Source: a virus
Lineage: Duplodnaviria > Caudoviricetes
DNA: 64,000 nt
Strand: one strand, 5' to 3'
IMG/VR virus record: IMGVR_UViG_2833778570_000001
Span: 14,239-78,238 of that record
The translations under genes were made by a program, and so were the position numbers. Below are positions 16,909-26,022 of this stretch, one piece after another (the stretch's first letter is position 1; each line of letters starts with the position of its first letter). The notes beneath the pieces were generated by a model that was given only the letters and a program-made list of their open reading frames with translations, was not told the origin of the DNA and searched no databases.

Positions 16909-19389
16909 TTAGGGAGGCGGCGTGGACGAAATCCCCAGCGTGAGGGTGGCCGGCACCGTGGGCACGGACACCACCAGGGCGCTCGCCGCGCCGGTGCTGT
17001 AGTTGCCCGAGGTGTCGATGGCCTTCACGTGCACCAGGTGGTTGACGCCCGGCGGCGGCAGTGCCCACTCGTAGGTGGTGGCGCGCACCTTGCCGATGAG
17101 GGTGCCTGCCTCCCAGCTGGCGCCGTAGCGCAGCTCGTAGGTGTCCCTGTCCAGGTCCGGCACCTCCGCCCAGCGCAGCGTCGCGGTGCTGCCGTTGAGG
17201 GCACAGGTGAGGCCCGTCACGTCGGAGGGCGGCGCAGCCTTGCCCACGACGGTGTAGCTGGCCGAGGCGTAGGTGGTGACGAGGCCGTTGAGGACGGCGG
17301 CCACCTGCACGGTGTACGCGCCCGGCAGGCAGTCCAGCAACTCCCAGTAGTGCGTCTGCACCGGCGTCTCCAACGTCCAGTTGCCGCCCTCGCGCTGCCA
17401 GCGCACCCGGTACTCGGTGGCGGTGGCCACCTGCGTCCACCGGGCCGTCGCCATGACTTTCACGCCGCCATTCGTCGTCTTGTACAGCGACTCGCCCACC
17501 GCAAGGCCTGCGGGTGGCGCAGACAAAGGCAGCACGGACGTAGGCAGCGGCTGCAGCTTCACTCCGTACTCCACCTCCGCGTACTTCCCCGGCTCGTGGC
17601 GCAGGGCGGTGATTTCGTAGAGGTGCGGCTCCACCTCCGCCACGTTGAGGATGCGCCAGAGGGTGGGCGTCAAGTCGGACGCGGCCAGCACCCAGACGGC
17701 CTGGGGCTGGGGCGCGGCAGAGAAGGGCGTGGCCACGGTGAGGGCGCGGTAGGGCGCCGGTGCGAGCGCGGCCAGCGGGCGCTCCTCCACGGTGCCATCC
17801 GGTAGCACTGCGGAGAGGGCGTACGTCTTCCCGGCTTCCAGGGTGACGTCCGCGTCGAACTCCACCTGGCTGGCGGTGGCAGCCACCACGCGCCCGCCCC
17901 ACCGGCGTCCGGCCCGGTACGGGTCCTGGAGCTTCACCACGGCGCCGGGGTTGCGCATGGCGCCCTCGAAGCCGGTGCGGAACGTCACCGTCTCCGTCTC
18001 CAGCCTCTCGGTGAGGAGGAGCCACCGGCCCACGCGCTGCGCCTGGCCCCGGGAAGTACAGCCGAGCGCCACCACCTCGGTGGGGTTGTAGCCGTAGGTG
18101 GCGAGGCCCTCCTCGTCGGTGACGTACTCCTGCGCCGCCTTGAAGTGGTTGTCCGGGTCATTCCACGTCACCAGCGCGACGGTGTGCCGCGCGCGCTTCC
18201 CGCTGGAGGCGTAGGTGAAGAGGCCGTCCACCACGTTGGCCGGCGTGAAGAGGTACTCGGCGTCGCGCGGCGCGTCCTGGGCGACGAAGACGGCGCCGGA
18301 GGCCCAGTACGTCATGCCTCTGAAAACGGACGCGAGGTTGTTGATGACCTTGTACGCGTCCTCCTGCGTCTGGAGGTAGAGGTTGCAGCGGAAGCGCGGC
18401 TCCGTGCCGCCCTTCCCGTCCGGCACCAGCTCGTCGCAGTACTTCGCCACCGTGTAGAGGCCCCATTTGTCCACCGCGGCCTCGTTGAGGTAGCGGCCCA
18501 GGCCGTAGCGCTTCGTCGTGAGGAGGTCGTAGAAGCACCAAGCCGGGTTGTCCGTCCAGGCCACCTTCCACGTGCCGTCCCAGGTGCCCTCGTACGTCCG
18601 GGCCACGGGGCTGTAGTTGCTGGGCACGCGCACCCGCAGCCCGCGAATCCGGTAGCTGCGCGTGGGGATGTTGCTGAACTGGCTGGCCGCCACCTGCAGC
18701 GCGCACAGCGCGGTGTTGGGGAAGCTGAGCTTCTCGTCCAGCAGCGTCGCGTAGGACTTCCAGATGACCTTGTTCTGCGTCGTCACGCTGTCCGCGTCCT
18801 CGCTGACGCGCGTGACGCGGATGTCCCAGGGCGGAGAGCCCGTCAGCTCCACGCGAAAGGTGCGCTCGTAGGGGCTGGTGCACTTCCCCCGGAAGAGTTC
18901 GGCGTCCTGGAAGGACTGCACCACGTACCCGCCCCCGTTGCTCTGCACAGCGATGGAGACGAGGACGCGGGTGGGCTTCAAGTCGCCCGTCGTGGGGTCC
19001 TGGTAGGTGAGCTGGGGCACCTGGAGGGTGACGCGCACGGCGTCCACCTCCGGGTCCGACACCGTGCGCACCACCGGCGTGGCGCGCTTCACCTCGACGC
19101 CCACGGAGTGCTCCGCCTCGCCGGAGGGGAAGCCTGGGATGTACTCCTGCGACTGGGTGCCCTTCACGTCGTACACGGTGACGCCCGTGAAGTTGAAAGT
19201 GCCGTCGGGATTCTGGATGGCGACGCCGTCCAGGTAGACGGACTTCAGCCCGTCCACGAGGCCCTGAATCTCCCCCTCGCATAGCAAGTCCACCACGCGC
19301 GCCTTGGAGCTGGACTTCAGTGTGTTGGGAGACTCGACAGGGGTGCGCTGAGCGCCGCCCTCCCCTTTTCCGCCGCTGCTGCCGCCCAT
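16909..19389 (-). CDS. central tail fibre / host specificity protein J (N-terminal part)
   Basis: DLLCEGEIQGLVDG, WTDNPAWCFYDLLT..RYGLG, EPRFRCN, F..ANVVDG.F.Y motifs of lambda gpJ family; FN3-like C-terminus. Confidence 0.92.
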   Translation of the reverse strand: MGGSSGGKGEGGAQRTPVESPNTLKSSSKARVVDLLCEGEIQGLVDGLKSVYLDGVAIQNPDGTFNFTGVTVYDVKGTQSQEYIPGFPSGEAEHSVGVEVKRATPVVRTVSDPEVDAVRVTLQVPQLTYQDPTTGDLKPTRVLVSIAVQSNGGGYVVQSFQDAELFRGKCTSPYERTFRVELTGSPPWDIRVTRVSEDADSVTTQNKVIWKSYATLLDEKLSFPNTALCALQVAASQFSNIPTRSYRIRGLRVRVPSNYSPVARTYEGTWDGTWKVAWTDNPAWCFYDLLTTKRYGLGRYLNEAAVDKWGLYTVAKYCDELVPDGKGGTEPRFRCNLYLQTQEDAYKVINNLASVFRGMTYWASGAVFVAQDAPRDAEYLFTPANVVDGLFTYASSGKRARHTVALVTWNDPDNHFKAAQEYVTDEEGLATYGYNPTEVVALGCTSRGQAQRVGRWLLLTERLETETVTFRTGFEGAMRNPGAVVKLQDPYRAGRRWGGRVVAATASQVEFDADVTLEAGKTYALSAVLPDGTVEERPLAALAPAPYRALTVATPFSAAPQPQAVWVLAASDLTPTLWRILNVAEVEPHLYEITALRHEPGKYAEVEYGVKLQPLPTSVLPLSAPPAGLAVGESLYKTTNGGVKVMATARWTQVATATEYRVRWQREGGNWTLETPVQTHYWELLDCLPGAYTVQVAAVLNGLVTTYASASYTVVGKAAPPSDVTGLTCALNGSTATLRWAEVPDLDRDTYELRYGASWEAGTLIGKVRATTYEWALPPPGVNHLVHVKAIDTSGNYSTGAASALVVSVPTVPATLTLGISSTPPP

Positions 19390-19390
19390 G

Positions 19391-20449
19391 TCAGTCCACC
19401 ACCGTCGGGTCCGCCTTCTTCACGTTGTGGCTGAGGAGGCCGTCGGAGACGTAGGTGTGCGCGCCGGCCACGGTGAGGCGCACCACGGGCCCGTGCTCGC
19501 CCCGCGTCACCTGGCGCACCACGCCCGGCCGCGTGCCCACCAGCCGCACGCCGGCCGAGAGGTGGCGCAGCTCCATCCAGGCGTCCTCCGTCCGCACGCG
19601 GTGGTTGCCGGTGGCCTCCAGGCGCCGACCGTCCTCCAGCTCCAGCAACCACCGCACGCCTTCGGCGGGCTCCGCAGCGGTGACGAGGAAGTCTCCCCAC
19701 TCCAGCGTCTCCTCGTCCTGGGTGCGCACCAGCATGCCCACCTGGACTTCGCCCGCGGGCACCTCGCGCCCGTCCGCCAGGAGAATCGGCACCCACGGCG
19801 CGGGGCACGTGCCGCCGCCCGCTGGGGTTCCGCCGGGCCCCGTCTGCCCGCTGCCACCACTGCCCCCGAAGCCGCCGTCGGACCACTCAGTGACGAAGCC
19901 GGCGGAGACGACGCAGCTGCCCACTTCCATCTCTCCGTAGCAGATGGGCACCGGGTGGCCCTGGGCGAGCGTGTTGACGGGGCCATTGAAGACGTAGCTG
20001 GGCTTGTTGGCGTCGTCCTCGTCGGGCCCGGTGGCGGTGGGCGGGGCGAAGAGGAGCTGCGAGACGCCGCCCACCACCAGGGAAATGCCCGCGGTGATGA
20101 GGGGCACGCCCGCGCCGTACCCGTAGACGGTGAGGACGGCGCCGGCGGCGATGAGCACCGCGCCCGCTACCACCTGGAACCAGCCGGACTTCGCCCCGGC
20201 CAGGGCCGGCATGAAGGTGAGGACACGCGCGCCGGTGGGCATGCCCAGGTCGTCCTCACCGACGTCCCGCTTGCCCGCGAAGACGTGGTAGCCGGGCTCG
20301 CTGTTCTCGGCCAGGTAGCGGCGGAAGCCGTCGCAGACGGCGGAGAGGGCCCGCACCGCCTCCGCAGGCGAGGGCACGGAGAGGTCCAGCTTCCACACGC
20401 GCCCGAAGCGCTTCCCCAGGGGCCCGCCCAGGACGATGGTCGTCAGCAT
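19391..20449 (-). CDS. tail assembly protein I (ubiquitin-like) fused to a C-terminal Hint domain
   Basis: LGGPLGKRFGRVWKL...SPAEAVRAL, SYVFNGPVNT.AQGHPVPICYG (gpI); then Gly linker and CPAPW..ATGNH..LTVAGAHTY..LSHN-VKKADPTVVD. Confidence 0.88.
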   Translation of the reverse strand: MLTTIVLGGPLGKRFGRVWKLDLSVPSPAEAVRALSAVCDGFRRYLAENSEPGYHVFAGKRDVGEDDLGMPTGARVLTFMPALAGAKSGWFQVVAGAVLIAAGAVLTVYGYGAGVPLITAGISLVVGGVSQLLFAPPTATGPDEDDANKPSYVFNGPVNTLAQGHPVPICYGEMEVGSCVVSAGFVTEWSDGGFGGSGGSGQTGPGGTPAGGGTCPAPWVPILLADGREVPAGEVQVGMLVRTQDEETLEWGDFLVTAAEPAEGVRWLLELEDGRRLEATGNHRVRTEDAWMELRHLSAGVRLVGTRPGVVRQVTRGEHGPVVRLTVAGAHTYVSDGLLSHNVKKADPTVVD

Positions 20450-21174
20450 CGGGAAGCGTGCCTCACGACGCGTTGGGTGATGCGCTCCCAGAAGCCGGAG
20501 TACGTCTCCCGGCCGGACAGGCGCCCCATGACGTGGTGCAGGAGGACGTCCCCGCCCAGGTACACGCCTGCGTGGTTGGGCACCGGGGCGCGCAGTTGCA
20601 TGAGGAGGACGTCGTGCTCGCGCGGGGCTTTGCCCGTCACGTCCACGAAGCCCGCGCGGCCGAAGCCCTCCAGGTAGAGGTTGCCGCCCTTCGCCCACCA
20701 GTCGTCCGGGCGCTCGAAGTCGGGCAGCGCCAGGCCCAGGCGCTCCCAGTAGTAGTCCTGGATGAGGGAGTAGCAGTCGAGGACGCCATGGCTGAAGGTG
20801 CGGCCCACCAGCGGCGGGCGGTAGCCGTCCGGGAAGTAGAGGCGCCAGTGCCCCACCGGGACGTTGAGGATGAGCCAGGGCAGGCCCCAGCGCTCCATCA
20901 TCACCCTGTCGGCCTCACTCGGTTCCGGCGCGGCGTTGGGGTGGGAGTGCACCACCGCCACCACCTCGCCCTCCCCTTCTGCCTGAGCGTAGTCCTCCGG
21001 AGCTAGGACGAAGTGCGCCTGGCCGGCGGCGAGGTTCCGGCAGGGGCGGTACCGCTGGGCGCCGTCCACCAGCACCACGAGGCCGCAGGACTCGCGGGGG
21101 TAATCGGCCTGGGCGTGGGTGAGCGCGGCGCTCAGGACGTCATCAGCCAGCGTCAGCCGGCAGGGGTCGCTCAT
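20443..21174 (-). CDS. tail assembly protein K (JAB/MPN plus NlpC/P60)
   Basis: ESCG, VHSHP..PSEAD (JAMM); LDCYSL, HAGVY, LHH (NlpC/P60). Confidence 0.92.
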   Translation of the reverse strand: MSDPCRLTLADDVLSAALTHAQADYPRESCGLVVLVDGAQRYRPCRNLAAGQAHFVLAPEDYAQAEGEGEVVAVVHSHPNAAPEPSEADRVMMERWGLPWLILNVPVGHWRLYFPDGYRPPLVGRTFSHGVLDCYSLIQDYYWERLGLALPDFERPDDWWAKGGNLYLEGFGRAGFVDVTGKAPREHDVLLMQLRAPVPNHAGVYLGGDVLLHHVMGRLSGRETYSGFWERITQRVVRHASRC

Positions 21175-21307
21175 GCAGACATCGTGGCCACGAGCGTGGA
21201 CGGCATCCATCTCAGACCGGACACAGAGGGGCTGTTCGGCCTGCATTCGGAAGCACCTAAATCCGCCCAAATTGAGGCCACGGTCCTAACGGCGCTACAT
21301 TCCAACA

Positions 21308-22042
21308 ATGACCTGGCAGCAATATGAACGAGCCATTCTGGAGAAGTTCTGGCGCGAGTTTCAGCCACCTCACTTCCGCGTGGAGCCATCAGGGGGAAAC
21401 AGGCATTATTATACCGGTCGCCATTCAGGTGAGCTGAGACAACTGGATGTAGCAGTCTACCGACGAGACGCGACTGCTCCGTTCTTGGTGGTTGACGCAA
21501 AGCATTGGCAGAACACTCTCGACATCAGCGACGTCGAGTCGTTCATAAGCTTCGTGGACGATGTCGGAGCCACCCAGGGCGTGCTTGTTGCGAGTTCTGG
21601 TTTCTCTGAAGCTTCACCCCGCCGAGCGGCAGGAGCACCTGTGCCGATTCATTTGGAGATCGTCACGGCGAAGGAGGCATTGGAGTTGGATTGGCTCTGG
21701 CTGGGGCGAAAGCTCTTCCCGCAGGATTGGGCCTACCACCGTCATTTGGGCCATGCACTTCGCCTTATTGAAGGCAGCGGATCCGCAGCAGCGATTTCAG
21801 ATGCGGTGGAAGGGGTTCCATTTGAGGAATGGGAGGCGGCCGTCAGCTTCGCGATCAACCAACACCGCAGAGAAGCGCAGCATTTTCTCATTTGGGTAGC
21901 GACAAAGCACGACGACAGTGGATGGAGGTTCAATGCCGCCCGCCATCTCGCAGAAATCGGACTGCTTACTGAATCCATCCGAAGCCAAGTCGTCGCCCTT
22001 GAAACGGACCCAACGGCATGCGCGATACTTGATGAAATGTAG
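21308..22042 (+). CDS. Mrr-like PD-(D/E)xK restriction endonuclease (moron)
   Basis: QLDVAV..LVVDAKHW..DISDVESF..D.GAT.GVLVASSGFS typical of Mrr_cat; lower GC, opposite strand. Confidence 0.75.
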   Translation: MTWQQYERAILEKFWREFQPPHFRVEPSGGNRHYYTGRHSGELRQLDVAVYRRDATAPFLVVDAKHWQNTLDISDVESFISFVDDVGATQGVLVASSGFSEASPRRAAGAPVPIHLEIVTAKEALELDWLWLGRKLFPQDWAYHRHLGHALRLIEGSGSAAAISDAVEGVPFEEWEAAVSFAINQHRREAQHFLIWVATKHDDSGWRFNAARHLAEIGLLTESIRSQVVALETDPTACAILDEM

Positions 22043-22262
22043 AAATCACACAGCAGCTATCCGCTGAACCGTCCAAGGTAGGCCCTTTCCATCCACCAAC
22101 CGAACGGCCACCGCCGTCCGCGCCAGCCATTCACTTGCACTGGCTTGCCTCGGCAAAGAGTCCCGGGACCTCCCGGAGCGTCGCCATGCCTTTGTAGGAG
22201 GCCGAAGGGGAGAGCCCAGAAGACGGCTCCATGCGTCGTACGTCTACTCCGGGAGCTCGTAC

Positions 22263-23525
22263 CTGAGCCATCCCCTCATATGAAACCGAGCGCTTCTTTG
22301 AAGACAGGGTGCTGATGGAGGAGTTCGGCGAAGCGCTCGACGAGAGGCCGCAATCGCTCCTCCTTCATCATGGGAATGGCTTGGTAATACATGCAGCCCT
22401 GCCGGAAGAGCGAGTAGGTGCGTGTCTTGACGGTATTGGCCTTCAAGCCCTTCTCCATCCCGAGACTCTCCCCCGCGGCGCCCAGCAGCGTCAGCAGCAC
22501 CTGGGCCAGGGCGCTCACCAGCAGCAGCCTGTCTCTGCGCTCGGGACTCTTCACGCGCACCGTGGACAGTCCCATCCCGAATCTCAAGTCCTTGACGTCC
22601 CGGAACGTCTCCTCGCACGAGAAACGCCGGGCGTAGAGGTCCACCACCTGGCGCGCGCTGGCGGCTCCCAGGCTGGTGGCCAGACACCACGGCTCCTTCA
22701 TGCCCTTCTGGCGCACCAGCACCACCGCGGGCACCGGCGTGCGGTCCGCCGTCACGTGCACGTCCGTCAGCTTCTTGGCGTGCCCGCTGGTGGGAATCCA
22801 CCTGGCCGCGGGACACCCGGTGCCGCCGGCCACCTCCACCCGCACGTCCTTGCGAAAGCGCACCACGTACTCGAAGCCCGCCTGGGCCAAAAGGGCGTAC
22901 AACCGCTGGTCCGCGAAGCCCCGGTCCGCCAGCACCGTCACCTTCACCCCTTCGGGCACGCACTCCTTGAGCCGCAGCAGCAGCTCATCCTCCGCCTGGG
23001 CGCGGTTGCCCGCCAGCGCGCTCTTCTGCAGCGTCAGCCACAGCAGGGGCGTGGTGCGTCCATGCGAGGTGACGAGGCTGGCCACCAGGGTGGTGTGGTC
23101 ATCGGCCTCGAAGTCCGTCCAGTCCAGCGCCACCAGCGCTTCGGTGCGCTCGGCCAGCACGTACGGCACCCACGAGGCCGCCAGCTTCCACACGTCCACC
23201 GCCTCGTTGGACAGCAGTCGGTCCACCTGCTTGATGCCGTGCTTCTCACGCCGCCTCGCGCCCACGCCAGCGCCTGGCCAATGGCGTGCACCGACAGCGA
23301 CGCGGCGTGCACCACCCCCAACGTCGCGTGCGCCAGCGACAGCACCCTCTTGGCGTGCAGGTCCTCCTCGAACAAGCTCTCCAGGAACCTCAGCACCTGC
23401 TCTTCGTTGATGGCCACCTTGCGTCCCAGCATGGCCTCTCTTCCTGCTCCCCACCACTCCGCCTCGCACGGGCCTGGCAGGCAGGCGGCTGGCGATCAGC
23501 TTGCCGAAATGAGGGGATCTCTCAG
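22263..23525 (-). mobile_element. IS4-family insertion sequence, IS10-like ends, 1263 bp
   Basis: 17-bp terminal IRs ctgagccatcccctcat / ctgagagatcccctcat (2 mismatches); 9-bp TSD agctcgtac at 22254-22262 and 23526-23534. Confidence 0.92.
22276..23432 (-). pseudogene. IS4 DDE transposase with a frameshift near 23250
   Basis: N-part ..HAIGQALAWARGG and C-part KHGIKQVDRLLSN..VALDWTD..LADRGF..YARRFSCEETFRDVK lie in different frames. Confidence 0.8.
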
Positions 23526-24724
23526 AGCTCGTACAGCAGGGTGTCGAGCAGTGCGATCCGACATCTCCAGACCCGCGCCTCAACCGGCACCAGTGGACGT
23601 GAAGCGGCAAACCAGGGAAAGGACCAAAGGGTGTCGAGGAACTTGACGTAGGTGGTCGCGCTGGTCGGGACAGTTCCGAAGACCTGCCAGAGACGCCTTC
23701 GGTTGGCGTTGTTGACCGAGAGGAAGACGTCCGGCCGTTTCATGGCGAGAAGGCGGGTGGCAGCTCCCAACCCAACACCCCTCAGAGCAAGAACTCCGTC
23801 GAGGTAGGCCTCAACCACGTCGTGCGACACACGCCCCCTGACTGGAACAGCATCCAAGAAGCGCCCCAACTGCTTGGGAGAGTCGGTGGTGAGCTGCTTG
23901 AAGTAGCCCGCCCCTTGCATTCGCCCAAAGTAGCCGGTGGTGTCCCGCCCCCATCCAGCCACCAGCTTGCGCTCATCTTCTGGCATTGAAGCGAACGCTG
24001 GCCAACGATGGAACGCTTCCCGACAGGCTTCGGCCTCCCCTAGATAAGAGCCGTCCGGGTGATCGAAAACGCGAATCTCAAAACCGTTAGCCAGAGCCCG
24101 CCTCTCCTGACGAGCGATGAGGGCATAATATCCCGCCCAGTCGCAACTTAGGTCTCCCAGGCACACTGCGGCGTTAGCAGGCAAAGGCTGGGGCGCCTTC
24201 TTTATTGGAGGCTTAGGCCTGCTTTCATACAATTCATGATATGCGGCCAACCATGCCGCGCTTGGCGTGAATGCACGCGGGTCGTGCCAAGCTGCATCCA
24301 CAAACGAAAGCAGGGTGCCCGCAGCATTGCACTGAGCATCTCCCTCAAAAAGGACGTTCAGTTCCGTGTTCCCATGAAAGCCTCCCCGGGTGAAGTTCGA
24401 AGATCCCCAGAGAGCACGCACCTGCCCTCCGCGTCGTCCGACAAGCAACTTCGGATGGAAGACACCAGAGGTGTCCTCAATGACACGAAGGACTTTAGCA
24501 TTGCCAAGTTCGACCAGAACCTGGGGCTCGGTCTGAGCGAAGTGGATCCCGATAACGGCCCGGCGGACACGCTCAAGGGGTAGGCACTTCCAATGCTCTG
24601 CTGTTCCTCCAGCCGAGCTAGCCCACGCGTAAACCAAGTCAATATCCGAGGCCCAAGCCACAAGCCTGCGAAGCGCATCCATCGTATCTGCTGTAGATGC
24701 CAAGACCGTGAAATTCTCTGCCAT
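23522..24724 (-). CDS. PLD-like (HKD) domain nuclease, restriction-endonuclease-like; stop codon supplied by the IS end
   Basis: FHPKLLV..LWGSSNFTRGGF..NTELNV motif; removing the IS restores the C-terminus YELPE-stop. Confidence 0.8.
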   Translation of the reverse strand: MAENFTVLASTADTMDALRRLVAWASDIDLVYAWASSAGGTAEHWKCLPLERVRRAVIGIHFAQTEPQVLVELGNAKVLRVIEDTSGVFHPKLLVGRRGGQVRALWGSSNFTRGGFHGNTELNVLFEGDAQCNAAGTLLSFVDAAWHDPRAFTPSAAWLAAYHELYESRPKPPIKKAPQPLPANAAVCLGDLSCDWAGYYALIARQERRALANGFEIRVFDHPDGSYLGEAEACREAFHRWPAFASMPEDERKLVAGWGRDTTGYFGRMQGAGYFKQLTTDSPKQLGRFLDAVPVRGRVSHDVVEAYLDGVLALRGVGLGAATRLLAMKRPDVFLSVNNANRRRLWQVFGTVPTSATTYVKFLDTLWSFPWFAASRPLVPVEARVWRCRIALLDTLLYEL

Positions 24725-24980
24725 ACAATTGGCCTCCAGGCCAAAGAGCGTCGCAGAAAATGAGACATCCAACCCAGATGCCCCACCGCGTCTACCGCCG
24801 TTGCGTCACCAATGCCGACCAAATGACCATTATGCTGTTGGGAAAAATAGCAGTGCTCCCAGAGCCCCAGAACTGTGTGGACATGACTTTGGCGGCTCAC
24901 ACCATAGGTCATATTATCCAGAGAGGTACCGGTCTACTTCAACGACCGACCAGTAGACTTCCGCGAAGAAGAAGTCGCTC

Positions 24981-25889
24981 TCAGATGACCTCAAACGCAG
25001 GTTCTGCGTTCTCTGTGACACGAGTCGCCAGCACGCTTTTCCGCCGCAAGGGGTCCGCCTTCGACCGGTCCTTCGCGCTCTTCTGGACGAGGTCGGCGCG
25101 GTGAATCACCTCGCTCGCCTGAGCCTTCACATCCTTCACGGCCACGAGGCCACACGAGGATGACAGGTGACGAGGTTCCCCTTTCACTTTGACCGTTTCC
25201 CCTGAGAGCGATGCCAGCGCTGCACCCATGCGCCTCTGAGCCTGTTCCAGTGGCGTTGCTGGCATAACAACGACGACCTCGTCACCGCCCTTCCGGTAGG
25301 CGTCCCCAACATCGGACACGGCCTTCTCGATGGCATGGAAGAAGGCCTTGATGGCTTCGTCCCCCGTTGCATGGTCGCCGTCTTCGTTGAACGCCTTGAG
25401 CCCGTTCATGTCGAGGTAGGCCACCGACACCGGCGACTCCTCCTGGATGTTCATGATGGCAATCGCCAAGTCGCGCTCCGCATGGCGACCGTCATAAAGG
25501 ATTCCAAACGGTTCATGCAGACGAGTGGAACGAAGCTGGTCCTGCAGCTCCGCCAACCGGAGACGGCCCAAGTGCCCCAGTTCCAACTCTACACTCTGGC
25601 CATCTAGGAGCCTTGAGACAAACTCCGCGCGACCGAGTCGCTCCCTCCGCTCAAGTTCCTCTGCAACCGCGTCGAGGCCGCCACTGCCTGGCACGTAAAG
25701 GCTCTTCCTGATGTCGGGGCCATTGATCATCCCCCTAAAGAAGAGGGAGAGGACCATCTGTACTTCCTTTGCAGCCTCGAATGATCCCCCTCCCCCTCTC
25801 GGGAATTGCCTACTGACCCACCGAGTCTGCTCGAACCGGGCAAGAAATTGTAATTCCAGGAAGCGAGCATCATTTTTGTACTCTGCCAT
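24981..25889 (-). CDS. GGDEF (diguanylate cyclase-like) protein with unknown N-terminal domain (moron)
   Basis: VAYLDMNGLKAFNE..DHATGDEAI, AYRKGGDEVVV, SSSCG, RADLV. Confidence 0.85.
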   Translation of the reverse strand: MAEYKNDARFLELQFLARFEQTRWVSRQFPRGGGGSFEAAKEVQMVLSLFFRGMINGPDIRKSLYVPGSGGLDAVAEELERRERLGRAEFVSRLLDGQSVELELGHLGRLRLAELQDQLRSTRLHEPFGILYDGRHAERDLAIAIMNIQEESPVSVAYLDMNGLKAFNEDGDHATGDEAIKAFFHAIEKAVSDVGDAYRKGGDEVVVVMPATPLEQAQRRMGAALASLSGETVKVKGEPRHLSSSCGLVAVKDVKAQASEVIHRADLVQKSAKDRSKADPLRRKSVLATRVTENAEPAFEVI

Positions 25890-26022
25890 GCCGAATGAAT
25901 CCCCAGTTCACCAAGGCGGGCAACGGCCCGTCTTGATGAACAACAATAGAAGAAGTTGGCAGGGCGACAAGCTCGCAACGAGCCGCCAGCCGGGTCTGAA
26001 TCCACCCGGAAGGAGTCGGAGT

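Noticed and set aside
14769-19389. Diversity-generating retroelement acting on the tail fibre
   Set aside because: No reverse transcriptase and no TR/VR pair differing at adenines was seen
14787-19807. Hint domains as classical splicing inteins with homing endonucleases
   Set aside because: Only 128-129 aa with no endonuclease; the +1 residues are Ile/Val, not Cys/Ser/Thr; C-exteins are only 5-10 aa
24981-25889. Hypr-type cGAMP synthase or mCpol (Panoptes-like) assignment for the GGDEF gene
   Set aside because: The base-selecting Asp of the GD motif is retained and the motifs fit ordinary GGDEF; only biochemistry could overturn this
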